Made by a program: the position numbers and the translations under genes. Positions 50,770 through 64,000 of a stretch of DNA of 64,000 nucleotides are shown here, one piece after another. How positions within the stretch are numbered: position 1 is the stretch's first letter; each line of letters opens with the position of its first letter. Origin of the DNA: Isurus oxyrinchus. Lineage: Eukaryota. The stretch is from NCBI GenBank assembly GCA_026770705.1, contig JANJGN010000012.1, positions 49,166,001 to 49,230,000 on the forward strand, in the 5' to 3' direction. The notes beneath the pieces were generated by a model, which was not told the DNA's origin, searched no databases, and saw only the letters and a list, made by a program, of their open reading frames with translations.

Positions 50770-51613
50770 GGCTGCCCTCTGGAAACACTCCCCCAGTGAG
50801 ACTCAAGAAGAGTTTGGTGGTGAACTATTTGGCCAGAATGTTTTACACTCACAAAATGTTTAGGCGTCGGGGCCATTTCTGGGTCAGCAGTGCACCCAGA
50901 AAGAAGGAAAAACCAGTAAAACCCGGAAATGACTGGTACTGGACCAAACTGGAGCTCCAGTTTAAGGCATACGAGACCAGTTCAGACCAGTACCAGTCAT
51001 TTCCCAAGTTTTCCTGGTTTTTTCTTCTACTGGGGCCTCTGCATTCACGGTCTATCTAAGGACAGTGGGCAGAACAGGGAGGTGAGAGCGTCACTGGGAG
51101 GGTCCACAGGAATGTCCAGCCAGCAGCTCCATTGGCAGAGGTGAGCGCTGCTAAAGAAGGGAAAGACCAGGGGCCACTCAAAATGGCAGCCCTCATGAAA
51201 GGCTCCAAACTCAGTTTATAAATAAACAAGGGCCAGAGACCTAAAGGGCCTCAGAGTGAAGAGGAAACGCCTCCAAAAGAATGTCTGTGGCCATGGATTG
51301 GACATCTTTGAACCTGTGATTCCCTGACACTAGCATTTCAGTCAGCCTCCGATGGCCCTCCAACCTCCCATCAAGAGGCTGCCCCTGACCTCCAATCACA
51401 AGAGGACCATTCAACACTGGGAAAAGCCCATTAGTTAATGTCAGAAAATGGCTCTGGATTGAGGGCCTAATTACATTGCTTCCTGCCCGCCTGCATCAAG
51501 CAGGTTGTTGATAATGGCAGCCCATCCCGGGAGTTGGGGTCACATTAGCGTGCTGTCCTAGTAGGGGTTTCCCAGCCCCACCCCTGCCTCAAAGGGTCCA
51601 GGAAGATTCCGGC
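50770..51613. mobile_element. Probable Harbinger-type MITE (left end uncertain)
   Basis: Right end AAGATTCCGGC followed by ATT; GC-rich subterminal sequence like the other MITEs. Confidence 0.4.
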
Positions 51614-52618
51614 ATTTGAGAGCTGCTCCATTGGCTTCCTGTTTATCCCTGTTGCTTCCAGGGTTTTACCTCCTGAAGGGTTGTGATGCATTGTAATGAT
51701 CTGCAAATGAGGGAATCTGCATTTAAATAGCACCTTCCACAACAGAAGCCTTACAGCCAACAAGTGTTTTCAAGGTGCAGTCACTGTTGTAAAGCAGGGA
51801 AACACAGCAACTGTGAGGATTCCATTATATATAATGTACATGTTGGAAGAACATTCGTTAGGCAGCACCAACAAAATTTCTGGAGTCTCCTGCTCCTGCC
51901 AACACAGACTCAGACATTCCTCTTAAATCTATGATTCAGCTGAGAAGCGCTGGATAATCCCTTCTTCCTGTCGGAGGCAGGACGACATCTGGGGGTTTGA
52001 CCAAATGTATCACTGGAGGAGGAGATAAACAAACAATTTCAAGGTGCAACTAGGGACTTCTGCCACATTATGAAGTTGACCAGCTTAAAGCAAGTCAGTA
52101 ACCACTATTGCCAGGACTGCCCACTTTATCAAGCTTGATACTGGTAATGATTGAACATCCTGCCACATTTTACAGGGCTTTAGGAATCCCCTAGGTCCCT
52201 GTTGCCATTGACTGCCCACATGTGGGAACATAGAAACATGGAAAATAGGAGCAGGAGTAGGTCATTCGGCCCTTCGAGCCTGCTCTGCCATTCACTATGA
52301 TCATGGCTAATCTATCTCAACGCCATCCTCCTGCCCTCTCCCATACCCCTTGTCGTGTGCCCTTGCCAACCATCTCACCACTCCATTAACAAAAAATTAT
52401 TTTCCTCCCTCAGTGTTCAACTTGTTTCTGATTCCAGACACCAGTTCCTTCATCTGAATGTGCAGTGAGTGTGGACAGCTTCCATGATGTGCTTCACCTC
52501 AGAATCCCTGCTCACTTCAAATGAACACCTCAGAAACAAGGACTACCCTTTGCTCCCATAGCTAGTGGCAACCGTGTGATCGCCAGTCTAGCTGAATGGA
52601 GGTACAGTGACTCCTATA

Positions 52619-53451
52619 CAGTAAGTCCTCATTTAAAGCTGTGGTGGTGTTCCTGAAAATCGCAACTTTAAGTGAAATCATAAATTCCCACAGAAATCAA
52701 TGTTAAAGCTGAGGTAGGTTTCTTCAGACGTTTCTCACCCAGAAAAACCAATGCACAAGTTGAAATAATGTACCCTACGTGTGTAGCAACCCTAGCTGAA
52801 ATAACTTGCAAAATAAAATAAATCACTATATACTAAAGGACTACTGTACATTTAGGTACTTTAGGACCTTTCTCAGCAAAAAAATTAAAATATTATAAGT
52901 TAAAACGCAGTGCATTCATAAATGCCTACATTCATAAATGGAATAACTTTTAAAATAAATTTTAAAATATGAAAGAAATACAAGATACTGTAAATGTAAA
53001 TAAATGTAAAATGAAACTCACCAGCTGTCTGGTTTTGGATTGACCGCACTCCATCTAGTGGCAGAAGTTGGTCGGTGTAGGTAACAGCTGAAATAGTCCC
53101 AGGGCTTTCAGAGTGAGCTGACAGCGGGAACCAGAGCAAGAGGAAGAAGAACCAACTGAAAAATTCCCCGGCAGTGGCAACGGACACCGGGACTTTTAAA
53201 GGTGGGAATGGAGCCAGGCATGGGTGGGACGTGGGGAAAAAAGGAACTTCAGGATTGAGGGTGGGAGCAGAGGAAAGAGATGCACTGACCCCAACACCAT
53301 GTGTACATTGGAAAGTGCAGACCACAGAACAGGAAGCCTGTGACAAACGGCATAGTAATGTCACAACATTAAACAGACATATCGTCCCTATTTTATGAGT
53401 GATGTTAAAGTGAAACAATATTGACTGTGTCGACGTTAAGCGGGGCACTTG
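52619..53451. mobile_element. Tigger/pogo-like non-autonomous DNA transposon
   Basis: Left end TA|CAGTAAGTCCTCATTTAA; right end GTCGACGTTAAGCGGGGCACTTG. Both resemble Tigger TIRs. Confidence 0.65.
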
Positions 53452-53683
53452 GAGAATCGGTTTCAGTCAGCACAATAATAATGTAGTGACATTAGAAACA
53501 GGTGTAGTCCATTGAGTCCCTCAGGCTTGTTCTCAATTAGATCATCACTGAGATGCACCTCAACTCCATTTGCCATCCTTGTATTTGTCTGTGAGGTGAA
53601 TGAATTCTTCCCTTTTCTACTCCTGAGTTTGAATTTTTAAAAAGCTGTGATTTTTTTTTCAATTCATTATGTACTTGACCATA

Positions 53684-54661
53684 TGTAACACTTCATTTAG
53701 AAATGAGCCAGTTAACAAGTAAGGAATTAGTTTTATTGTTAAAAACTTACTCAGGTAGAAATATAAGAACTATGGAAAAGGTAAAAACATGTCCTGAATC
53801 TCGCGAGAGAGAGACACACACACGAGCATACAAAGCAGAACAAGTTACGAGGTGGAATTAATGAAAGTTAAAGTCCATAAGAAAATAAAGAAATATATAT
53901 TCCGGCGTTCCTCTGGTGGTCTTGAAATTCCATTGGGGTTGCGGCAGATGTAAACTCTAATTTCAGGAGACTGTCTCTTTTAAACTGTAATCCATCTTTT
54001 TCCATAACATCCAAAGAAGATGCTATGACAATTGAAATTCCTTTCCATCAATATTCTCTATCTCTGATGTGCTCTAAAATGTGACAGAGATAAGGTGCTA
54101 AACTTGAAATTAGCAGGGAGAGAGAGAGAGGTGATGTTATTGGTCCATTCTGCAGACTCCTTCTGTTTACTTTCTGCAGAATCCCTGCTTTTTCTATACC
54201 CCTGGCAGCAGGCAAGGTGGCTGCTGTGAGATGTTATTGGCCTTCACTGCTAAGTCATGATCCAAAGATAAAGGTTTACCCACCAGATAGTGACCAAGTT
54301 CCAAATATCAAGGGATGTCTTCCACAGGACAGACGATTAACCTCCTTCTTCCTGTTTCGCCATTGGCACAGTCACAAAGTGATTGAATATTAATGCTTCA
54401 GTTAGTCAACCCTTTAATGAATCATCCTTCCAAGATCAGGCCTTTGATAAGATAAGGAGGAACTCATCAACACCTCTCCAAATCTATCTGTGTTGTTCTT
54501 TCATTTCTATTTCCATGAAATGGAATGTGGCTGCACAGTGGCACAAATTAGCAGCATTTTTTAGAAAGTCAGTGTCTGGCACAAGTCTATTTAAAAGAAG
54601 CTCAATAGATACCTGATGAATGGATGAAATTTAAGATTAATTTTCCACGTCATACATGACA
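53684..54661. repeat. Probable solo LTR
   Basis: TGTAA...TGACA termini; flanks CATA/CATT. Confidence 0.5.
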
Positions 54662-55180
54662 CATTATTGTGACATAATCTACCTAATGATTTGGATAGGT
54701 TTTGTATTATCTATTTCCTTTTATTCCATGTCCGCCAATTGTCCACGGCTAGAGTTTATCAACTTCCCTATTACTATTAAGGATTTGTGTCTCTGAACTC
54801 CAAATTTATAGAATTATAGAATGGCATAGCATAGAAAGAAGCCATTTGGCCCACCCTGTATGCGCCAATTAGGCAAAAGAAATATCCAATTAGTCCCATT
54901 GCCCTTCTGTTCTCTTTGGTCCTCTACTCCTTTTCAAATTTGACCATTAAGTGTATATTTCTTCTATTTGTATTCTCAAAATTCACTGTCTCATAGCTCT
55001 TCGTGTTTAATTTTATTTGTCATTGATTTGTTCAATCTACTAAACTCCCCTTTTTTTGCATCGCTATCTTCAAGGTTTGATATTGGCTCAAACAAAACTC
55101 TGAGCTCTTCTAATAGGCTTTCTAGCACCCAACAAATCTTGGTGTTGTTACGACTAGTCCCCAGGTGAAATCCCCCAATT

Positions 55181-56299
55181 TGTTATGATCCCAGACGAGA
55201 CATCCCGAATTGTTAACTTCCCAAATGGGACTCAAATTTTATTATGCTGCCGGGTGAGGAGCAATGAGCTGGCTCCCCCTTCTTTATTCAACCCCCTTGG
55301 CTGGTTGTAACAAGGTTAATTTAAAAGAGATCCTACCACCCCACCCACCTGGTACCTTTTCCCAGACCAAATATATTTATGTTTTGGAAGGAGCCAATTT
55401 AACCAGGCTTTCTTAAGTCAAAGCAAGAGTAAATTTATTAGTTACTAAAAAGCCGAGAAAAAATAATAAAAATGCAACACATATACAAACAGATCAGAAA
55501 TGAGAAGTTGAGTCCAAAAATTAAAGTTTAAAAAGATATACGAATGAGCCTTAGGCTTGCCCATGAGGAGTAGATGGCGATGCATTGTGGCCATGAAGTT
55601 GGGTGATTCCAGTAGAATTGACTTTGACAGTTGTGTAGTTGGTTTGGAGACACTTGGTTCTGCAGGTTAGCTGAAAGAGTTGTCCTATTTTCATTTTGAT
55701 GGTGGCTTTCCTGAATTGCATCCAGCCAGAGAGAGAGATAGATAGAGACTTCTTCCTGCAAGCTGCAAGGATGTCTAGTTGAAGTTCTTCTGCTGTGAGT
55801 TTCACTGCACACACTCACACACCAGAACTAGAATGCCCAGATCAGGTTTGCACCTGACTTTTTAAACCCTTTTTGTGGGTGTTCCTGAAAGGGAATAAAA
55901 CAAACATGTTTTTCGCCCAGAATCTGCTTTCTTTCAACTCCGACCATTTCCACATTCTGAGAGATAACTCAACAGGAAATAGTTTTAGCTGAGATGTGGT
56001 AATCAGTCCCCATTGTCTCCACAGCCACAGGAGATGAAAGTACAATATTTTGCATAGCATCTCTTCCTTTGAAGCATCTCTGTCTGAAGTATCCTTGGCA
56101 TCTTTTTAGGTGTGACATTCCATGTTCTGTCTGGGCTAGTGGGTCAAGTATAATCCACAAAGGAATTTTCCAGAACATGATTACTTTACATTCTCAGCCA
56201 GCTTTTTGCTTGTATGTAGGTCTTTTTAAAAAGCACGTCTTATTTAAAAAGTTCAATGTGCCCATAAGTAATTTGGGGCTGTGATTCGCTTTTGTGACA
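55181..56299 (-). repeat. Gypsy 5' LTR with an adjacent PBS-like sequence
   Basis: TGTTA...GTGACA termini. The reverse strand reads AATTGGGGGAT.. immediately inside, at about 55170-55180. Confidence 0.6.
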
Positions 56300-56759
56300 G
56301 TACTGATAATTTGGAGGTCAATGATTTTTCAGCAGATGACAAGAGGTCGTTGACCTGAAATGTTTAAGCTATTCCTCATCCACAGATGCTGCCTGACCTG
56401 CTGAGCTTTTCCAGCATTTTCTGTTTTTATTTATGGTTTTAGCTCAAATTTTGAGTCAGTGTGAGTAGGATTTTGCTTCATGCTTTCTCAACTTCTGCCA
56501 GAGAAAAAGACTACTCTGAGAGGCAATTTCGAAACAAAAATCCATTTTTCACATCATAACTTAAGGGCAGGCAGAAGATGTATATGTCACAAAGATGATG
56601 TTTCTTTTCCCACTGGTTTCCTCTAACACAATCTAAGTCCCTCCCCATCAATGAGAAAGCATGAATGTGATTGACCTGGGAATAATTCAGGAATTATACT
56701 AACAAATGAATCAGCGCCTCTCCTATACACCAGCCTGCTGACAGCCTCTGTACTTTTTC

Positions 56760-57092
56760 TGTTATTCATTCACGGGATGTGGGCATTACTGGCTGGGCCA
56801 GCATTTATTGCCCAATCCCTAATTGCCCTTGAGAAGGTGGTGGTGAGCTGCCTTCTTGAACCACTGCAGCCAATATGGTGTAGGTACACCCACAGTGCTG
56901 TTAGGGAAGGAGTTCCAGGATTTTGACCCAGCGACTGTGAAGGAACGGCAATATATTTCCAAGTCAGGATGGTGAGTGACTTGGAGGGGAACTTCCAGGC
57001 AGTGGTGTTCCCATGTATCAGCTGCCCTTGTCCTTCTAGATGGTAGTGGTTGTGGGTTTGGAAGATGTACCTTGTTGATGGTACACACTGCT
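56760..57092 (-). mobile_element. CR1-group LINE family A, 3' fragment
   Basis: SFTVAGSKSWNSFPNSTVG..FKKAAHHHLLKGN plus the 3' tail. Confidence 0.85.
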
Positions 57093-58057
57093 GTGGATAT
57101 GATGTATCTTTAAAATTCTATAGAAGGACATTTGTATTTAAAAGGCTTTTGTTTCTAAAAGTGGCTGAGGTTTTAATTAAGATTGCTGCTTTTATAGATC
57201 CCCAGAGAATATACAGCACAGAAATAGATTATTCAATCCAGCTTGCCTTTGCCAGGGCTTAGACTCCACACAAGCCTCCTCACATTCCTCTGTCTAACCC
57301 TATAGCATTGCTTCCCAAACTATTTTCCAATGTGACCCCATTTTAATGCTTAAAAATTAACCTGATTCCAGATGCCAACAAAAGCGGCATAGTAACAGTC
57401 AGTGTATAATTATTAATATTCATGTATTATAGATCAACATATAATACAACTTATAATTTTGACAAACTCTGTTTTTAAAGTGTTTAGCGCTTACTTTGCA
57501 AGCTGCGAAAGTGCACAGGTCAGGTTTTGCTGAGCCCAAATGAAAATTTGGCCTCAGATCTCCAAATAATAATGCAAAGATTCTTTTGAGGTTATCTCAT
57601 GGGATGTTTTAAATGATGCATTACTATCAAATTTCACCTCTCCCCAATTCACTGTTGTTTGCATTCTGAATTTACTTTAAAAATGGTGAACTGATTTATT
57701 ACTTCAAATTCATAGATTCTAATCAAAAAAAAAACTGTAGCTGGAATAAATGCTATGACTTCTGCAGTAACTAACTCAGTAGTCATTCTCCCTCCTGGGA
57801 TTCCATTCTCTCTTCCCCACAACACTGCCTTCCACAGTTCCCAGATGTAGATTCCCCCTTCAATATTTACTTAATTAGCAGGAACACTATGGGCCAGAAT
57901 TTCACTGCCTTCGCTGGTAGCTCTAGTCGGGAAATGTATGACTCGCTGGACTCGCCTCTGTAAAAAGCAACCCGAATCGCACGATTTTTGTTCAGAGGGT
58001 GTGGGGGTATTAATGGCTCTATCTTTAAGGTAAGTCTATTCCTTTGAACTTATTGCT

Positions 58058-60725
58058 AACAGGACAGACAAAAAGGAAAAAGTGGAGTTGCATTGCTGGT
58101 TAAAGAGGAAATTAACGCAATAGTGAGGAAAGATATTAGCTCCGACAATGTGGAATCTGTATGGGTAGAGCTGAGAAACACTAAGGGGCAAAAAACGTTA
58201 GTGGGGGTTGTATATAGACCACCAAACTGTAGTGGTGATGTTGGGAATGGCACTAAACAGGAAATTAGTGACACATGCAATAAAGGAACATCTGTAATTA
58301 TGGGTGACTTTAATCTGCTTATAGATTGGGCAAATCAAATTAGTAACAATACCGTGGAGGAGGAATTCCTGGAGTGTATACAGGATGGTTTTCTGAACCA
58401 ATACGTTGAGGAACAAATAGAGAACAGGCCATCCTAGACTGGGTATAGTGTAATGAGAAAGGAATAATTAGCAATCTAGTTGTGCGAGGCCCCTTAGGGA
58501 AGATCGACCATAATATGATAGAATTCTTCATCAAGATGGAGAGTGACGTAGTTGATTCTGAGACTAGAGCCCTGAACATTAATAAAGGAAACTACGATGG
58601 TATGAGGCGCGAATTGGCAATGATGGATTGGGAAAGACCACATAGGTGAACTGCAACAATTGTTCATTCCTGTCTGGCGCAAAAGTAAAATAGGAAAGGT
58701 GGCCAAACAATGGCTTACAAGGGAAATTACAGATAGTATTGGAAGAGACATACAAATTGGCCAGAAAAAGCAACAGAGCCGAGGATTGGGATCACTTTAG
58801 AATTCAGCAAAGAAGGGCCAAGGGATTGATTAAGAAGGGGAAAATAGAGTATGAGAGCAAGCTTGAGGAGAATATAAAAACTGACTGTAAAAGTAGGTAT
58901 GTGAAGTGAAAAATATTGGTGAACACAAATGTAGGCCCCTTACAGTCAGAAACAGGGGAATTTATAATAGGAACAAAGAAATGGCTGACCAACTAAATAT
59001 ATACTTTGGTTCTGTCTTCACAAAGGAGGACACAAATAACATACCAGAAATGTTGGGGAACACAGAGTTTAGTGAGAGGGAGGAACTGAAAGAAATCAGT
59101 ATTAGTAGGGAAATGGTGTTGGAGAAATTGATGGGATTGAAGGCCAATAAATCCCCAGCCCTGATAATCTGCATCCCAGAGTACTTAAGGAAGTGGCCCT
59201 AGAAATAGTGGATGCAATGGTGGTCATCTTCTGAGGTTCTATAGATCCTGGAACAGTCCCTACAAATTGGAGGGTAGCTAATGTAACCCCACTATTTAAA
59301 AAGGGAGGTAGAGAGAAAACAGGGAATTATAGACCAGTCAGCCTGATGTTGGTAGTGAGGAAAATTCTAGAGTCCATTATAAAAGATTTAATAACTGAGC
59401 ACTCGGAAAACAGTGGCAGAATCGGACAGAGTCAGCATGGATTTACGAAAGGGAAATCATGCTTGACAAATCTACTGGAATATTTTTGAGAATGTAACTA
59501 GTAGAGTTGATGAGGGGGAGCCAGTGGATGTGGTTTATTTGGAATTTCAGAAGGCTTTTGACAAAGTCCCACATTAGAGATTAGTATGTAAAATTAAAGC
59601 GCATGTGATTGGGGGTAGTGTATTGAGATAGATAGAAAACTGGTTGGCAGACAGGAAACAAAGAGTAGGAATAAACAGGTCTTTTTCCGAATGGCAGGCA
59701 GTGACTAGTGGGGTACCACAGGGATCGGTGCTGGGACCCCAGCTATTCACAATATATATTAATGATTTAGATGAGGGAACAAAATGTAATATCTCCAAAT
59801 TTGAGATGACACAAAGCTGGGTGGGAGGGTGAGCTGTGAGGAGGATACAGAGATGCTTCAGTGTGATTTGGACAAGCTGAGTGAGTGGGCAAATGCATGG
59901 TAGATGCAATATAATGTGGATAAATGTGAGGTTATCCATTTTGGTAGCAAAAACAGGAAGGCAGATTATTATCTGAATGGCTATACTTTGAGAGAGGGGA
60001 AAGTGCAATGAGACCTGGGTGTCCTCATACACCAGTCACTGAAGGTAAGCATGCAGGTGCAGCAGGCGGTAAAGAAGGCAAATGGTATGTTGGTCTTCAT
60101 AGCAAGAAGATTCAAGTACAGGAGCAGGGATGTCTTGCTGCAATTGTATAGGGCTTTGGTGAGACCACACCTGGAATATTGTGTGCAGTTTTGGTCTCCT
60201 TATCTGAGGAAGGATGTTCTTGCTGTAGAGGGAGTGCAGCGAAGGTTTACCAGACTGTTTCCTGGGATGGTGGGACTAACATATGAGGAGAGATCGAGTC
60301 GGTTAGGATTATATTTGCTGGAGTTCAGAAGAATGAGGGGAGATCTCATAGAAACCTGTAAAATTCTAACAGGACTAGACAGGATAGATGCAGGAAGGAT
60401 GTTCCTGATGGTGGGGGAGTCCAGAACCAGGGTCACAGTCTGAGGATACGGTGTAGACCATTTAGAACTGAGATGAGGAGAAATTTCTTCACCCAAAGAG
60501 TGCTGAGCCTGTGGAATTCGCTACCACAGAAAGTAGTTGAGACCAAAACATTATATGTTTTCAAGAAGGAGTTAGGTATAGCTCTTGGGGCAAAAGGGAT
60601 CAAAGAATATGAGGAGAAAGCGGGAGCAGGCTATTGAGTTGGATGATCAACCATGATCATAATGAATGGCAGAGCAGGCTCGAAGGGCTGAATGGCCTAC
60701 TCCTGCTCCTATTTTCTATGTTTTT
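58058..60725 (+). mobile_element. CR1 LINE family B, ORF2 (APE-RT), decayed
   Basis: Motifs [30 protein letters not shown] and RPHLEYCVQFWSPY; 3' tail ending CCTATTTTCTATGTT. Confidence 0.93.
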
Positions 60726-60939
60726 ATATTGCTAACTTAGAATCTCAACTAAAAGACGTTTCTAAGTATTAAGGGGACATAGTCTTAGACTGAGTCCTCA
60801 AATGAAAGTTCTCTCTTCCAAGAGTCTCCAAGCCAACTAAGTTATCTTTGGACGGCACAAACATTGAGGCAAGTCTCAGTAGACCAACTTCTTTGAAAGT
60901 TTACCAATACCAGTTCTTAGAAATCTAACCAAGACTTTT

Positions 60940-61686
60940 TTTTTGTTCATTCATGGGATGTGGGTGTCACTGGCGAGGCCAGCAGAAATTGCCCTTGAGA
61001 AGGTGGTGGTGAGCTGCCTTCTTAAACCGTTGTAGTCCATGTGGTGTAGGTACAGCCACAGTGCTGTTAGGAAGGGAGTTCCAGGATTTTGACCCAGCGA
61101 CAGGGAAGGATTTCCAAGTCAAGGATGATGTGTGACTTGGAGGGGAACTTCCAGATGGAGGTGTTCCCATGCATTTACTGCCCTTGTCCTTCTAGATAGT
61201 AGCGGTTGTGGGTTTGGAAGGCGCTGTCTAAGGAACCTTGCTGAGTTCCTGCAGTGCATCTTGTAGATGGTACACACTGCTGCTACTGTGTGTTGGTGGT
61301 GGAGGTATTGAATGTTTGTGTATGTGGTGCCAATCAAGTGGGCTGCTTTGTCCTGGATGGTGTCAAGCTTCTTGAGTGTTGTGGGAGCTGCACTCATCCA
61401 GGCAAGGGGAGAGTATTCCATCACATTCCTGACTTGTGTCTTGTGGATGGTGGACAGGTTTTGGGCAGTCAGGAGGTAAGTTACTCTTTGCAAGATTCCT
61501 AGCCTCTGACCTGCTTTTGTAGCCACAGTATTTATATGGCTAGTCCAGTTCAGTTTCTGGTCAATGATAACCCCCAGGATGTTGATAGTGGGGGATTCAG
61601 CAATGGTGATGCCATTGAATGTCAAGGGGCGATTGTTAGATTCTCTCTTGTTGGGGATGGTCATTGCCTGGCACTTGTGTGGTGTG
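60940..61686 (-). mobile_element. CR1-group LINE family A, 3' fragment
   Basis: ESPTINILGVIIDQKLNWTSHI..MEYSPLAWMSAAPTTLKKLDTIQDKA. Confidence 0.9.
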
Positions 61687-64000
61687 ATTGTGACAGGATT
61701 AATTAATGGCCTCAGAGTGAAGGAACCCCTAAGTAGCAGTGACCACAAAATGATTTAATTTTACATCCAGTTTGAGAGGGAGAAGTGTGGGTCTAAGACT
61801 AGTACCTTAAGCTTAAATAAGTGCAACTATGTGGGCATGACAGCTGAGCTAGTTGAAGTGAAGTGGGATGCTAGGCTAGGGGGATAGGTCAATAGGGAAG
61901 TAGTGGCAGATATTTAAGGGGATGTTTCAGAATAAGTATATTCCTACAATAAAGAAATATTCTAAAGGGATGACCCACCATCCGCGGTTAACTAAAGAAG
62001 TTAGAGAAAGCATCAAACTTAAGGAAAAAGCATATAACTGCGCAGATGAATAGCAGGTCAGATGATTAGTCAGAATATAAAGAACAGCAGAGAACAACTA
62101 AAAGACTAATCAGGAGAAAGAAATTAGAGTATGAGAGAAAGCTAGCTAGAAATGTAAAAACAGATAGTAAGCGTTTCTACAGGTAGTTAAACAGGACAAT
62201 AGTAGGTAAATGAGTGTTGGCCCTTTAGAGAATGAGAATGGGGAGTTAATAGTACATAATAAGGACATGGCAGATGAAATGAACTAATATTTTGCTTCTG
62301 TGTTCACTATAGACGTTACAAAAACCATTCCAGTAATAGCTGTAAATCAGGAGGAGGAGGGGAGAGAGGAACTTGGTGAAATCACAATCACAAGGGAAGC
62401 AGTACTGAGCAAACTGAGGGAGCTGCGGGCTGACAAGTCTCTGGATCCAAATAGACTTTATCCTAGCGTCTTAAAAGAGGTGGTTAATGAGGTCATAGAT
62501 GTGTTGGTGTTAATTTTCCAAAATTCCCTACATTCTAGAAAGGTTCCATCACACTGAAAAGCAGCAAATATCAAGGAGGGAGGGAGGCAAGAGACAGGAA
62601 ACTGTAGGCCAGTTAACTTGATATCTGTCGTGGGGAAGGTGTTAGACCCAATCATTAAAAAGGTTATGGCTGGGCACTAAGAAAAGTTCAAAGCAATTGG
62701 GAAGAGTCAGCATGGTTTTATGAAATGGAAATCATGTTTAACCAATTTATTGGAGTCCTTTGAAGGAGTAATATGTGCGGTGGATAGAGGGGAGCCTGTA
62801 GACATATTGTACTTGGATTTCCAGAAAGCATTTGATTGTGGAAAATAAAAGTTCATGTGTAGGGGGTAAAATATTAGCATGGATAGAAGATTGGCTGGCT
62901 GACAGAAAACAGGGAATAGGCATAAATGGATCTTTGTCTGATTGGCAGGATGCGATGAGTGGAGTCTGGCAGGGGTCTGTGTTGGGGTCTCAACTGTTTA
63001 CAATTTACATCGATGATTTAGCTGAGGGTAGTGAAATGGTGATAGCTAAATTTGCACACAACACAAAGTTAGATAGGAAAGTATGTTGTGAAGAAGACAT
63101 AAGGAGTTTGTGGACAGATATAGATAAGTTGAGTGAGTGAGCAAAAATCTGGCAGATGGAGTATAATGTGGGAAAATGTGAAGTTGTTCACTTTGGCAGG
63201 AAGAATAAAAAAGCAGAATAGTACTTAAGCGGAGAATGACTGCAGAATTTCAAGGTGCCGAGGGATCTAGGTGTTCTGTTGCATGAGTCATAAAAAGTTA
63301 GTTTGCAGGAACAGTAAGCAGTTAAGAAGGCTAATGGAATGCTATCCTTTATTGCAAGAAGAATTGAACATAAAGGTAAGGCTTCTGTAATACAGGGCAT
63401 TGGTGAGACCTCATCTCGAATACTGTGTACAGTTTTGGTCTCCTTATTTAATGCATTGGTGTCACTTTTGTAGATTTTGAGACTCAGCTAATCTTTAATC
63501 ATAACATAATGATAGCCCTTGAGGAAATGTCAAAAAAGAACTCTATTGAACTTGCACAAACCGATGGACCTGCATGTCATCAAAGCAGTCCAGCAGACAT
63601 TTACTTTTTAACTCTCAGTGACAATGCTTTGGAGGCAGTTCAGGGGAGGTTTACTAGATTGATACTGGAGTGAGCGGGTTATCTTATGAGGAAAGGTTGA
63701 ACAGGTTGGGCTTGTTTCCACTGGGTTTAGATGAGCGAGGGGTGACTTGATTGATGTATATAAGATCATGAATGGTCTTGACAAGGTGGGCATGGAAAGA
63801 ATGTTTCCCCTTGTGGGTGAGTGCAGTACTAGGGGGCACTGTCTTAGAATTAGGGGGCACCCTTATAGGACAGAGATGAGGAGAAATCTTTTCTCTCGGA
63901 GGGTTGTGCGACTTTGGAATTTTCTGCCTCAGAAGGTGGTAGAGGCAGGGTCACTGAATATTTTTAAGGCAGAGGTAAATAGATTCTTGTTAGGTAAAGG
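61687..64000 (+). mobile_element. CR1 LINE family B, ORF2, decayed (runs off the window)
   Basis: Motifs EPLSSSDHKMI, YLDFQKAFD, SGVWQGSVLGSQLF and RPHLEYCVQFWSPY. Confidence 0.92.
63460..63623. mobile_element. 164-bp insertion with 7-bp TIRs and a 9-bp TSD
   Basis: TGTCACT...AGTGACA flanked by ATGCATTGG / ATGCTTTGG inside CR1 ORF2. Confidence 0.65.

Noticed and set aside
52900-53448. 182-aa ORF
   Set aside because: Inside the Tigger-like MITE, with no transposase or other recognisable motifs.

Overview
Eukaryotic, repeat-saturated vertebrate DNA. The repeat families suggest a cartilaginous fish such as a shark, but that is inference. I see no prokaryotic features, rRNA, true tRNA or CRISPR. 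Most of the window is nested, decayed transposable elements. There are four two-gene PIF/Harbinger DNA transposons (HARBI1-like transposase plus a convergent, intron-containing Myb/SANT gene) and several Harbinger MITEs. A minus-strand Gypsy element has its integrase split by one of the Harbingers. There are also a SCAN-gag (Gmr1-like) Gypsy, several solo LTRs, two CR1-group LINE families, L2 and Tx1 fragments, tRNA-derived SINEs, Tigger-like MITEs, and Penelope-derived repeats with a minimal hammerhead-ribozyme motif. One apparent host gene lies on the minus strand, with phase-compatible exons at about 45.5, 39.0, 36.9-36.0, 35.8 and 35.4 kb. It encodes an S/T/P-rich protein with a globular-looking C-terminal domain that I cannot assign to a family. 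All boundaries were read by eye and are approximate. I found no clearly novel system; the best leads are the unassigned gene, the hammerhead-bearing repeats and the Harbinger/Tx1 target-site patterns.
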